In this document: piece after piece, positions 51,311 to 60,527 of the stretch
Layout: every line of letters starts with the position of its first letter
Numbering within the stretch: position 1 is the stretch's first letter
Assembly (NCBI GenBank): GCA_043811535.1
Contig: JBDRNC010000039.1
Span: 92,687 to 156,686, forward strand
Source: Elusimicrobiota bacterium
GTDB lineage: Bacteria; Elusimicrobiota; Endomicrobiia; Endomicrobiales; JBDRNC01
Length of the DNA: 64,000 bases
Direction of reading: 5' to 3'
Position numbers and translations under genes: made by a program
Notes under the pieces: model-generated
What the model saw: the letters and a program-made list of their open reading frames with translations, nothing else
Database searches by the model: none
What the model was told of the DNA's origin: nothing

Positions 51311-51608
51311 TTAGGTCCTCCTGAAAGTAAACAACAGTTGTGGGGGTATTCGCATATGGCGATAGAAAAAACGGGGCAGAAAGATTCTGTCGTTGATTCT
51401 TAGTTTTTGTGGTTTTTTGCTTCAATCATGAAGGTTCTTGCTCTTGCAGGTACTATGTATCCCGCCATTTACGCTTGGATGGCTATTTAAAAGATTTAAG
51501 CGGGATTTCGCCCAGAATTCGTTGAAAGATATTTAGATTTCTTTGAATTTATTCCGGGCTCAACAGGTAAGTCCTAACGATAAGTTTAAAAACCTTTGCT
51601 CTGTAGTA

Positions 51609-51637
51609 AGTGTATACAATATTTATTTCTTTGTCAA
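51609..51637 (-). promoter_or_regulatory. sigma70 promoter for rho, implying a ~290-nt leader
   Basis: Minus strand TTGACA (51637-51632), 17 nt, TACACT (51614-51609), overlapping the coaE 3' end. Confidence 0.75.
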
Positions 51638-52228
51638 GTCATTCCAGATTTTTTTTACTATTCTCTTCGTTTCAGGCAATGTCCCCGAATTGTTTACCGG
51701 ATAATTTGCCATTTTCCTCTTGATGTTCAGCGGCATTTGCGCCTTATCCCTCGCCTCTATCTGGCGTTTATTCAGACGTCTTTTTCCGCCAATCCTGTTA
51801 AAACGGAGTTTTTTCGGGGCCCATACCGCGATTGTCTTGTCAAAATATTCCTCAAGCCCGGCTTCAAAGAGCAGGGGCGCCTCTACGATAACCGGGGCAT
51901 TCTTCTTCTTCGCCGTAACCGATACGGCGTCCTTTATTTCTTTTATAATGGCAGGATGGGTTATTTTTTCAAGCGCTTTTCTTTTTGCGCGGTCAGCGAA
52001 AACAATAGCGCCAAGTTTCCTTCTGCATATGGATCCGCTTCGGTGTAAAATGCTTTTGCCGAAAAAAGCGGCTATTTTTTTCCACGCGGGTTGCCCGCGG
52101 CGCATTATTTTTCTGCTTATTGAATCGGAGCTGATGGTTGCTGCGCCGAGTTTGGCGAATTCTTTCAGTACAGTTGTTTTTCCGGACCCGATTCCCCCCG
52201 TTAATCCTATAATCAATGGTTTTTTCAC
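51623..52228 (-). CDS. coaE: dephospho-CoA kinase
   Basis: IGLTGGIGSGKT, LGAIVF, LEKITHP, PLLFE; follows polA. Confidence 0.93.
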   Translation of the reverse strand: MKKPLIIGLTGGIGSGKTTVLKEFAKLGAATISSDSISRKIMRRGQPAWKKIAAFFGKSILHRSGSICRRKLGAIVFADRAKRKALEKITHPAIIKEIKDAVSVTAKKKNAPVIVEAPLLFEAGLEEYFDKTIAVWAPKKLRFNRIGGKRRLNKRQIEARDKAQMPLNIKRKMANYPVNNSGTLPETKRIVKKIWNDLTKK

Positions 52229-52230
52229 TT

Positions 52231-54948
52231 TTATTCCTTCTTCCCTCTTCCTTCTTCCATCTTACTTAAGTCGGCCCAGTTTTTTCCGGTTTTAAGGTCA
52301 ACGATAACAGGCACTTTAAGCTTGACGGCGCTTTCCATGTCAGATTTTATCATAATAGGAAGCGTTCCGGTATCATTGTCCGAAATTTCAAACAAAAGAT
52401 CGTCATGAACCTGGACTAAAAGCCTTGATTTTCTTTTTTCGTCGCCAAGCCGTTTGAAAAGATTTATCATGGCCACTTTTATTATATCAGCGGATGTTCC
52501 CTGTACCGGCGTGTTCATTGCCATCCGTTCGGCGAAGCTCCTAATCTGGTGGTTCGGGGAATTAATCTCCGGCAGATAGCGTATCCTGCCCAGCAGTGTT
52601 TTCACGCAGCCGTTAGCGCGGGCTTCCTCTATTATCTTTTCCGTCCATTCCTTAACGCCGGAATATCTTGCAAAGTACCTGTCGATGTACTGCTTTGCTT
52701 CAGCGTTTGAAATGCCGAGCTGCTGCGCCAGTCCGAACGGCGACATGCCGTATATTATCCCGAAATTAATGGTTTTAGCGATTCGCCTGAGTTCCCGGGA
52801 GATTTCTGAAGGTTTTTTGCCGAAAACCTCCGCGGCCGTAGCTGTGTGCACGTCAATGTTCTCCTTGAAAGCATTGATGAGCATATGATCTCCGGAGATA
52901 TGCGCCAGCACGCGCAGGTCTATCTGCGAATAGTCCGCTGATAGAAAGGTATATCCCTTGTCCGGGATGAATCCTCTCCTGATCTCTTTTCCGTATTCCG
53001 TCCGGATCGGTATGTTCTGCAGGTTCGGATTGGAAGAGGACAGCCTTCCTGTTGCCGTACCCGTCTGGTTGAATGTCGTGTGTATCCTTGAAGTGTTCCT
53101 GTCTACTTTTTCGAGCAGCGGGTCAACATACGTTGATTTAAGCTTCTGGATTTCCCTGAATTCAAGCAGTTTCGCGGGTAACTCGTGGGACGGCGCGAGC
53201 GAGCGCAGTACTTCCTCGTCGGTGGAATAGCCAGTTTTTGTTTTTTTTACCGCAGGAAGTCCGAGTTTTTCGAACAATATGAATGAAAGTTGTTTCGGCG
53301 ACGCCGGATTGAATTCCTGTCCGGCGGATTCGTATATCTTTTTCTCTATTCCTTTCACTTCGATTTCAAATTTCCTTGAAAGCTCCCTGAAATAGGATTC
53401 GTTTATTTTGAGGCCGTTCGTTTCCATGTCCGCGAGAACGCGCGCCAACGGCGTTTCCATTCCGGAAAACAAGGCTTCAAGTTGTTTTTCTATCAGTTTT
53501 TCTTCAAAAAACGGTTTGAGTTCGAAAACAACAGACACGCTTCTGCAGGCCGAATCCGCGGCCGTCTCGATCGCTATATCCCGGTAGGGAACGCGTTTTT
53601 TTCCTGTCCCGGCAAGTTCGCTGAAATCATTCAGCTCGCGGGCAAGATGATCAAGCGCGATATCTTTAAGTTCGTAAGAAGGTTTTGACGGGTTAAGGCA
53701 GTACGCCGCCAGCATAACGTCAAAACACTCCCCGCGCAGTTTTATTCCCCTGGCTTGAAGTATCCTTCCGGCGGTTTTAAGGTCATAGAGCAATTTATCA
53801 CTGCCCGCGTCTTCAAAAAATCCTTTAAGAAGCTCAATGGCCTCTTTTTCGGAGAGCTGTCCTTTCGGGCTAAGTTCTGAATGCGCCAGAGGAAGGTAAT
53901 ACGCTTTGCCGGGCTCAACTGCAGCTGAAACTCCGATCAATGCGGATCCCGGGTCTTCATCGGAGTTTATAAAGAATAACGCGCAGGACCGGGCTTCGGA
54001 CAATTTTTCAGACAGCTCCTTCAATTCGTCGCTGTCCGCGTAAACCACGGAGGTTTTGGCTAAAGAACCGGTTTTTACCGCCGGCTTTGGCTCACCGGGA
54101 TCGGGAGGAAGGATTTCCTTCAAAAGGCTGTTGAACTCAAGCCTTCTGAGGAATTCGGAGAGTTTTTCGCGCTCATATTCCTTATGATAACACTCTTTCC
54201 ACCCCCCTTCCAGAGGAACTTTATCGTCAAGAAAGACAAGGTTTTTGCTTTTAAGGGCTTCTTCGCGTCCGGATAAGAATAATTCCTTGAGCTTGCCTTC
54301 AAGAGAGCCGGCATTTTCCAGAAGATTTTCAAGGGTTTCGTATTTTTGGATCAGTTTTACGGCGGTTTTTTCGCCTATTCCTTTGATGCCCGGTACATTG
54401 TCCGACGCGTCGCCCATCAGCGCGAACATATCCACGAGCTGGTCCGGCCTCAATCCGTATTTTTCGGTCACCTTTTCAGCGTCAAAAAGCGTGCGTTTGG
54501 GTTCGTTGAATACCTTTATCTTATCGTTAACCAGCTGGAGCGCGTCCTTGTCTCCTGAAACTATGACGACTTCAAGTCCGTCCTTTTCCGCGTCTCTGGC
54601 AAGAGTGGCAATGGTATCGTCGGCTTCGTACCCGGGTATCTCGAATGTCTTAATATTCAGCGCGCGCGCGGCTTCCCTCGCCAGCGGCATCTGGCTTTTC
54701 AATTCGTCGTCGATTTCCTTGCGATGCGCCTTGTACGCTTCGAATTGCTTGTGTCTGAAGGTCGGAGAAGGGTGGTCAAAGCAAACGGCCAGGTAATCAG
54801 GCTTGTCCTGCCGTTGGAGCTTGAGCAGCATCCGGATAAGGCCGTAAACGGCGTTAACCATCTCGCCTTTTGACGTTGTCAGCGGAGGGAGTGCGTGGTA
54901 GGCGCGGTGGATGTATCCGTTTCCGTCGATGATATAGAATTTAGACAT
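52231..54948 (-). CDS. polA: DNA polymerase I
   Basis: IDG...HRAYHA, GYEADD, GDASDNVPG, TGRLSSSNPNLQNIP, SADYSQI, AKTINFGIIYG, QVHDD. Confidence 0.97.
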   Translation of the reverse strand: MSKFYIIDGNGYIHRAYHALPPLTTSKGEMVNAVYGLIRMLLKLQRQDKPDYLAVCFDHPSPTFRHKQFEAYKAHRKEIDDELKSQMPLAREAARALNIKTFEIPGYEADDTIATLARDAEKDGLEVVIVSGDKDALQLVNDKIKVFNEPKRTLFDAEKVTEKYGLRPDQLVDMFALMGDASDNVPGIKGIGEKTAVKLIQKYETLENLLENAGSLEGKLKELFLSGREEALKSKNLVFLDDKVPLEGGWKECYHKEYEREKLSEFLRRLEFNSLLKEILPPDPGEPKPAVKTGSLAKTSVVYADSDELKELSEKLSEARSCALFFINSDEDPGSALIGVSAAVEPGKAYYLPLAHSELSPKGQLSEKEAIELLKGFFEDAGSDKLLYDLKTAGRILQARGIKLRGECFDVMLAAYCLNPSKPSYELKDIALDHLARELNDFSELAGTGKKRVPYRDIAIETAADSACRSVSVVFELKPFFEEKLIEKQLEALFSGMETPLARVLADMETNGLKINESYFRELSRKFEIEVKGIEKKIYESAGQEFNPASPKQLSFILFEKLGLPAVKKTKTGYSTDEEVLRSLAPSHELPAKLLEFREIQKLKSTYVDPLLEKVDRNTSRIHTTFNQTGTATGRLSSSNPNLQNIPIRTEYGKEIRRGFIPDKGYTFLSADYSQIDLRVLAHISGDHMLINAFKENIDVHTATAAEVFGKKPSEISRELRRIAKTINFGIIYGMSPFGLAQQLGISNAEAKQYIDRYFARYSGVKEWTEKIIEEARANGCVKTLLGRIRYLPEINSPNHQIRSFAERMAMNTPVQGTSADIIKVAMINLFKRLGDEKRKSRLLVQVHDDLLFEISDNDTGTLPIMIKSDMESAVKLKVPVIVDLKTGKNWADLSKMEEGRGKKE

Positions 54949-54953
54949 AATTC

Positions 54954-55042
54954 AAAGATTACAAGATTGGAATGATTGAAAAATTGAAGGTTAAAAACGA
55001 TTTAGTAATCTTTAAATCTTTTTAATCTTTCAATCTTTAAAT
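54954..55042. repeat. intergenic short-period inverted-repeat array
   Basis: aagattac/aagattgg/atgattga left arm; aatcttt repeated four times as right arm. Confidence 0.75.
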
Positions 55043-55046
55043 GTAG

Positions 55047-55988
55047 TTATTTGTATCTCGTGCCCCTGAGTTCGTCAATATATTCCTGCGCGGAGAACGA
55101 GGCAAGGGCGCCTTCTCCGGCCGCGGTCACGATTTGCCGGAGGATTTTTTTTCTGGCGTCGCCGCACGCGAAGATGCCGGGAACGGAAGTTGACATGTTT
55201 TCATCGGTAGGTATGTAACCGGACTCGTCAAGTTGTATCAATTTGGAGACGCAGGCGGTATTCGGCTTAAGTCCGACGAAAACGAAGACACCATTAAAAG
55301 GCAATTCGTTTTCTTCAGAGGTCAGCACATTCCGGATCTTTAGACCGTCAACCAGTTCGCCGCCGTGAATAGAAACAGGCACGGAATTCCAAAGCATTTT
55401 AATCTTCGGGTTGTTTAACGCGCGTTCCTGAAGAATTTTTGCGGCTCTCAGCCTGTCCCTGCGGTGTATTATGCTGACGCTTGAGGCGAATTTGGTGAGA
55501 TATACAGCTTCCTGAACGGCGGAATTTCCACCGCCTATTACGGCAACATCCTTCCCTCTGAAAAAGGGGCCGTCGCATGTCGCGCAGTATGAGACGCCTT
55601 TCCCCGAAAACTCGCTTTCGCCGGGGATATCCAGTTTCTTATGATTCGCGCCGGACGCCATTATTACGGCTTTTGCCGGAATATTTTCGCTCTGAGTTTT
55701 CACGTTAAAACTCTCTCCGCATATTGAGACCGCTGTCACTTCGTCAAACGCGAATTCAGTCCCGAATTTCTTTGCCTGCTCTTCAATCTTCTGCGCCAGG
55801 TCAAATCCCGAAATGCCTTCCGGAAAACCCGGAAAGTTTTCTATCCAGTCGGCTATGGCCGCCTGTCCGCCGCAGCCCATTTTTTCAATAAGCAGCGTCT
55901 TAAATCTTGAGCGCGACGCGTAAAGGCCGGCGGTGAGCCCGGCAGGGCCTCCGCCTATGATGACTATTTCATATTCTTTTGATTGCAT
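55047..55988 (-). CDS. trxB: thioredoxin-disulfide reductase
   Basis: GGGPAG, IENFPGF, GVSYCATCDG, GGGNSA, HRRD, FACGD. Start reassigned to 55988 (TAATG coupling with the upstream gene). Confidence 0.95.
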   Translation of the reverse strand: MQSKEYEIVIIGGGPAGLTAGLYASRSRFKTLLIEKMGCGGQAAIADWIENFPGFPEGISGFDLAQKIEEQAKKFGTEFAFDEVTAVSICGESFNVKTQSENIPAKAVIMASGANHKKLDIPGESEFSGKGVSYCATCDGPFFRGKDVAVIGGGNSAVQEAVYLTKFASSVSIIHRRDRLRAAKILQERALNNPKIKMLWNSVPVSIHGGELVDGLKIRNVLTSEENELPFNGVFVFVGLKPNTACVSKLIQLDESGYIPTDENMSTSVPGIFACGDARKKILRQIVTAAGEGALASFSAQEYIDELRGTRYK

Positions 55989-56527
55989 TATTTTTTCCGT
56001 GGAGAGGGTTTCTTCGCGGGGTTGGGCTTTTCCTCCTGTATTTTCAGCAGAAGTTCTTGTATGTCCGATTTCCATGTTTCCTTCAGTCCGTCCTGGAAGC
56101 CCACATAAGTTTTGACGACGTTTCCTTGATGATCTATCAGGAAAAAGGCCGGTATTCCCCTCACGCCGTAGGCGCGCGTGGTTTTCTGGTCCCCCATGAG
56201 TATTGTGTAATTTATACCGTTATTTATCGCGAAATTCCTGGCGAGCGCAGGCTTGTTCTCAATGTTTATCCCGATAAAAACGACTTTTTCATCCTTTAAT
56301 TCTTGGTAAAGCGATTCAACGGCGGGAATGGAATTCCTGCAGGGAGGGCACCAGGATGCCCAGAAATCAAGGAAAACTACATTTCCTTTTAAAGAATTAA
56401 GTGTGACGGTTTTGCCGTTAACGTCCGAAAGTTCGAAATCGAGAGCCAGCCGGGCCGCGTGTGAATTTGAGAATCCGGCGCACAAAGCTGCGATAATAAC
56501 GGCGGTGGACAATATTCTAAAGCGCAT
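55988..56527 (-). CDS. exported TlpA/ResA-like thiol-disulfide oxidoreductase
   Basis: Signal peptide, DFWASWCPPC, YGVRGIP.FFLID.QG. Confidence 0.9.
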   Translation of the reverse strand: MRFRILSTAVIIAALCAGFSNSHAARLALDFELSDVNGKTVTLNSLKGNVVFLDFWASWCPPCRNSIPAVESLYQELKDEKVVFIGINIENKPALARNFAINNGINYTILMGDQKTTRAYGVRGIPAFFLIDHQGNVVKTYVGFQDGLKETWKSDIQELLLKIQEEKPNPAKKPSPRKK

Positions 56528-56837
56528 TATCTATGATTTTTTTAAGTTCCGTTTTTTGTTTGAATCCTACGATTTTATGGAATGGTTTCCCGTTCTTGAA
56601 AATAATAAGCGTCGGAATAGATGTTATCTGAAACTGGCTGGAGATGCTCATGTTTTCGTCCGTGTTGACCTTCCCTACTTTAAGTTTGCCGGCATATTCA
56701 GCCGCGATTTCTCTGATAACGGGAGCTATCATCTTGCACGGTCCGCACCAGGGGGCCCAAAAATCAACGAGCACGGGCAGCGATGAGTTGGTCACCTCTG
56801 AACCGAAATTCTGTTCATTAAGTTCTATTTCAGACAT
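56517..56837 (-). CDS. trxA: thioredoxin
   Basis: VDFWAPWCGPCK, SIPTL.IFKNG. Confidence 0.96.
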   Translation of the reverse strand: MSEIELNEQNFGSEVTNSSLPVLVDFWAPWCGPCKMIAPVIREIAAEYAGKLKVGKVNTDENMSISSQFQITSIPTLIIFKNGKPFHKIVGFKQKTELKKIIDNAL

Positions 56838-56864
56838 TTATTCCTCCGTAAATTAACTTTAATG

Positions 56865-56900
56865 ATTGTAAATATTACAAAACAACACTGTCAAAGTCAA
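56865..56900 (-). promoter_or_regulatory. overlapping sigma70 promoter candidates and a 15-bp palindrome upstream of trxA
   Basis: TTGACA-18-TACAAT and TTGACT-17-TAATAT; TTGTAA-n3-TTACAA at 56866-56880. Confidence 0.6.
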
Positions 56901-56924
56901 GGAATGACAAGGGACAAAACTGCG

Positions 56925-57008
56925 ACGACAGAACTGATGAGACAGAACTAATACGGCAGAACTGATATGTCAGAACCACGGAAGACGGACGACGGATTAC
57001 GGATTACT
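56925..57008. repeat. CAGAAC-based ~13-nt tandem units plus 7-nt ACGGA-type units
   Basis: cagaactgatgaga cagaactaatacgg cagaactgatatgt cagaacc, then acggaag acggacg acggatt acggatt. Confidence 0.75.
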
Positions 57009-58307
57009 GCCGGCAGGAGGCGGAGTTTTTGGCTTTTTCCTCTTTTTTGAAAAGTGAAACTTCCTATTGTTTTCCATTTCTGAAAGGTAGGCATTGTTTT
57101 TCTGGTGAAGTTTAGTGATTTCTTCTTCTTTTGCCTGTTTGAAGCGCTCATATTCCGCTGTTATGTCGCTCTGGCGTTTTTGCCATGTATCGCGTTCCGC
57201 AGCGATTATTTTTTTCCAGTCCGAGGCTATCTCTTCGTTCTGTCTGAGTATTTGCTGAAGTTCGGATTCTTTCTGCAGTAGTTTGCTTTCCGCGGATTTT
57301 CTTAAACGTTGCTCTTCAGTCAGCTGTTGTTCAAGTATCTCGCCGGATTTAGCCAGCCTGGACAGTTGTTCGCCTGTCTCTTTTCTAAAGATTTCTTCTT
57401 TCGACTGAAACTCTTGTTTCTGTTTTTCAAGGTTTGACTGCTCTTCTTTTACGGTCCTCTGCAGGCTCAGGCGCTCTTCATCAAATGTCTGCCTGAGGTT
57501 TTTGTTATCGTCCTGAATTGTTTCAATTACTTTCTGGAGTTCAGCGGCCTTTGCATCAAGTTTGTCGTTTGACTGCCTTTCCGTCGTCAACTGGACGATC
57601 GCGTTCTGAAGCCCTTTCTGCAGGTCAAAGATATTCCTGTCTTTTTCTTCCTGTATTTTCGCATTATACTGCCGTTCGCTCGCGAGGATGTCGTTTATAC
57701 TCTTTAACTGGTCTTGTAAAAGAGCGAGTTCTTCGTCTTTAAGGGACTTGTCCCTCAAATAGGCATCTTCCCTTTTCAGGGAGAGTTCCTTGTGCTGCAT
57801 TATCTCCTCTTCCTTGGAATTGAGCTGTTCGTTGAAGAGTTTTTCGTTATATTCAAAGTTCCTTTTTAATTCAATGATTCTTTCGCGTTCAGATATAAGC
57901 TTGTTCTGCGCGTCGGCTGCAACCGACCTGAAAGACCTGATCTCATCTTCTACGGCCTGCCACTTCTTGGTTTCGGATAGCTTTCTCGCTTCAATCTCGC
58001 GGCTCGTAATCCTCAACTGATCTATTTGCTTTTGCGTTTCGCCGTCAAGTTGCATTTGAAGATTTTTTATCTTCACGTCGGAATCGCCCATGCTCTTCTG
58101 CAGTTCCAGAATAAGACGCTGTTTTTCCTGCAAAAGGTTTTCCCAGTAAAGCTTCTCTTTTTCATATCTCTGTTTAAGCAGCAACAGCGATTCTGACGCG
58201 ATCTCTTTTTCGGTTTTGAGCAGATCGCGCATGATCCTGTCAGGGCTGTCGGAAGAAGCGCCCTTGTCCTCGGCTCCGGATATGATCTTGTCGTTAATTT
58301 CGGTCAT
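56997..58307 (-). CDS. long cytoplasmic coiled-coil protein, translationally coupled to motB
   Basis: 436 aa, E/K/Q/L-rich heptad pattern, no TM or signal peptide; ATGA overlap with the upstream motB. Confidence 0.8.
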   Translation of the reverse strand: MTEINDKIISGAEDKGASSDSPDRIMRDLLKTEKEIASESLLLLKQRYEKEKLYWENLLQEKQRLILELQKSMGDSDVKIKNLQMQLDGETQKQIDQLRITSREIEARKLSETKKWQAVEDEIRSFRSVAADAQNKLISERERIIELKRNFEYNEKLFNEQLNSKEEEIMQHKELSLKREDAYLRDKSLKDEELALLQDQLKSINDILASERQYNAKIQEEKDRNIFDLQKGLQNAIVQLTTERQSNDKLDAKAAELQKVIETIQDDNKNLRQTFDEERLSLQRTVKEEQSNLEKQKQEFQSKEEIFRKETGEQLSRLAKSGEILEQQLTEEQRLRKSAESKLLQKESELQQILRQNEEIASDWKKIIAAERDTWQKRQSDITAEYERFKQAKEEEITKLHQKNNAYLSEMENNRKFHFSKKRKKPKTPPPAGSNP

Positions 58308-59035
58308 TTGTTGTTTTCCGTTTCCCTGAGAATGTTGATCTCTATGCGGCGGTTACGCTCGCGGTTTTCCGCAGTGTCGTTGCGAAATATGGGATGATAC
58401 TCGCCGTATCCGGCGGCCGCGAACATAGAAGGATTTAAACCCTCCGTATTGATAAAATACTTTATAACTTCAATAGCCCTGGCCTGTGAAAGGTCCCAGT
58501 TTGATTTGAACCTTCCGCCTCCTACTACAGGGATATTGTCGGTATGTCCTTCGACTATAACGCTGTTTTCCATGGTTTTCAGGATGTTTGCGACATTGTG
58601 GAGTATCTGTGTTGAAGTGTTTTTGAGGTCGGCTTTACCGGAATCAAACAGCACGGGAGTCGTCATTGACAGCCTTATCTTTTCAGAATCCACGCTTACG
58701 GTCATAAGTTTTGAAAGATTCTGCTTTTCGACCATCTCGTCGAATTTCATCACAGTCTGCTCGGTTCTTTCCATTTCCCTCATTTCTTCCATGACTTCGT
58801 TTTTAACGGTTCCGCCCAGTTCCTGCTGGATCTTTGATATTATCTCGTTATAGCGTTTTTCAGTTTTGGAGTTGTAGGCGAAAACGAACATCATGAGAAA
58901 AAGTATCATGAGAACGCTCATGAAATCCGCGTAAGGAATGATCCAAAGGTCATGTCCGGAATGCCCTGCTTGCGGGTTGCGCCCGCTATCGCTCTTGATC
59001 TCAAACCTGCTTGGCGCCGGATTATTCGCTGACAT
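58304..59035 (-). CDS. motB: MotB-family stator subunit, paralog 2 (TM with conserved Asp + OmpA-like PG-binding domain)
   Basis: WIIPYADFMSVLMILF, VLFDSGKADL, VEGHTDNIP, SNWDLSQARA, GYGEYHP, NRRIEI. Confidence 0.88.
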   Translation of the reverse strand: MSANNPAPSRFEIKSDSGRNPQAGHSGHDLWIIPYADFMSVLMILFLMMFVFAYNSKTEKRYNEIISKIQQELGGTVKNEVMEEMREMERTEQTVMKFDEMVEKQNLSKLMTVSVDSEKIRLSMTTPVLFDSGKADLKNTSTQILHNVANILKTMENSVIVEGHTDNIPVVGGGRFKSNWDLSQARAIEVIKYFINTEGLNPSMFAAAGYGEYHPIFRNDTAENRERNRRIEINILRETENNK

Positions 59036-59717
59036 TGATATCCTGCTGCTTCATTATGTTTATTTCTATTTTTCTGTTCTTGGCCCGGTTAGATTCGCTG
59101 TCGTTTGGCGCCGAAGGCCTGAATTCCGCGTATCCGAGAGCGGAGACGCGGTTTGGGCTTATTTTTTCTTTTTCTATAAGGTACTGGACGACGCTGAAGG
59201 CTCTTGCCGAAGAGAGTTCCCAATTTGATTTGAAACGCTCTGTTTGGATAGGTATGTCGTCGGTGTAACCTTCCACGACGACGCGGTTGGGCAGGTTGCG
59301 CACGACTTCAGCTATATCGCGCAGGTTTTTGATGGTACTCGGTTTCAGATCGGCCTTGCCGGAATCAAAAAGAACCGGGCTAGGAAGGATTATCGTTATC
59401 TTTTTTTCGCTGATCTGCACGTTCTGAAATTCCTGTTTAACCTTGTCTTCCAGGTCCTTCGTCTTGTCAATGCCTTTTTCTATCTCAGCGAGAGTCTTCA
59501 GCACCGCGCCTTTCTCTCCTCCGAAAGTTTCCTTGAAGGACGCCGCAGCGAGATTGCGGTCGGCTTCGCTGAGCCATGTCAGGCAGTAAAGCATCAGGAA
59601 AAATATCATCAGGTTGCTTATCATGTCGGTATATATGATAAGCCACAGGCTGGATTGCCCTTCGACCGGTGGATCTTCGAGGCGTATCTGGCGTTTTTTT
59701 GTCTTAGGGGATGTCAT
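59022..59717 (-). CDS. motB: MotB-family stator subunit, paralog 1
   Basis: WLIIYTDMISNLMIFF, VLFDSGKADL, VEGYTDDIP, SNWELSSARA, GYAEFRP, NRKIEI. Confidence 0.88.
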   Translation of the reverse strand: MTSPKTKKRQIRLEDPPVEGQSSLWLIIYTDMISNLMIFFLMLYCLTWLSEADRNLAAASFKETFGGEKGAVLKTLAEIEKGIDKTKDLEDKVKQEFQNVQISEKKITIILPSPVLFDSGKADLKPSTIKNLRDIAEVVRNLPNRVVVEGYTDDIPIQTERFKSNWELSSARAFSVVQYLIEKEKISPNRVSALGYAEFRPSAPNDSESNRAKNRKIEINIMKQQDINVSE

Positions 59718-60487
59718 TTCGTGCCCAGTTCTTCGCGTATTCTTGACGCGAGGAACGCATGGAGTTTTTTGGACACTATTATCGGAATATCGCGCGTTTG
59801 GATAGACAAGATGCCTTCTATCATAACTTCCTTCAGGAGCAGTTCGGAATCGGTGTGCGCGTCTAGTTTGTTCGAGATAGGCAGGAAGATGAAATTCGCT
59901 GACGCGATGCCGTAGAACGTTCCGGTGACGGCTATGGCCATGGATGTGCCGAGGCCTTTAGGGTCGCTTATGGACCTTAGCACCTGGACAACTCCAAGCA
60001 GCGTCGCGAGCAGTCCGAATATGGGAGAGAACGTGCCCATGGACCGTATGACGTTGCTGACCTGAAAGTGTCGTTTCCTGATGAATGTGATCTCCTTGAG
60101 CAGGTTTTCTCTGATAAGGTCGGGATCGAGGCCGTCAATGATCATGCTAATTCCATCGGCGAGGAATTTTTCCTTTATCGTATCTAACTCGGTTTGCAGC
60201 GTATCGATGCCGCTCCTCATGGATTTTTCAGAAAGGGAGACTATGAGGTTTATTATCTGCTTGGGTTCGGAAGTCTTTTTCTTGAAAAACACGAGAACAA
60301 GCGCTCTCGGGAGTCTCACGAGTATGTCAAAAGGGGTCGATATCAGCATTGACGCGAACGTGCCGCCGAAAACCAGGACCGCGGCGTCACGGTGCCATAA
60401 CAGATGGCTTGTCCCCCCCCAGTACATGACTATCCAAACCGCGCCGGCGCCAAGAATCAGCCCGAATATAGTTAAAAAATCGAACAT
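59714..60487 (-). CDS. motA: MotA-family stator subunit
   Basis: D..TIFG, LVFGGT, FL.DG....IDG, SPIFGLLATLLG, TFYG..SAN..FLPISNKL, EGILSIQ. Confidence 0.9.
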   Translation of the reverse strand: MFDFLTIFGLILGAGAVWIVMYWGGTSHLLWHRDAAVLVFGGTFASMLISTPFDILVRLPRALVLVFFKKKTSEPKQIINLIVSLSEKSMRSGIDTLQTELDTIKEKFLADGISMIIDGLDPDLIRENLLKEITFIRKRHFQVSNVIRSMGTFSPIFGLLATLLGVVQVLRSISDPKGLGTSMAIAVTGTFYGIASANFIFLPISNKLDAHTDSELLLKEVMIEGILSIQTRDIPIIVSKKLHAFLASRIREELGTK

Positions 60488-60527
60488 TGTGTTTTGAACC
60501 TCCGTAATTTAGCCGTATGGAATTCCG

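Noticed and set aside
51231..51425. 64-aa ORF overlapping the rho start as a leader peptide
   Set aside because: Weak TTG start, no clear RBS, and out-of-frame overlap with rho; unsupported.
58304..60487. ExbBD/TolQR or Zorya ZorAB
   Set aside because: The MotA has flagellar-type length and cytoplasmic loop and no long ZorA tail; the MotBs have flagellar-type W...Y.D and SNW.LS..RA motifs; a FliG-like partner is adjacent; no TonB/TolA or ZorC/D/E is seen.
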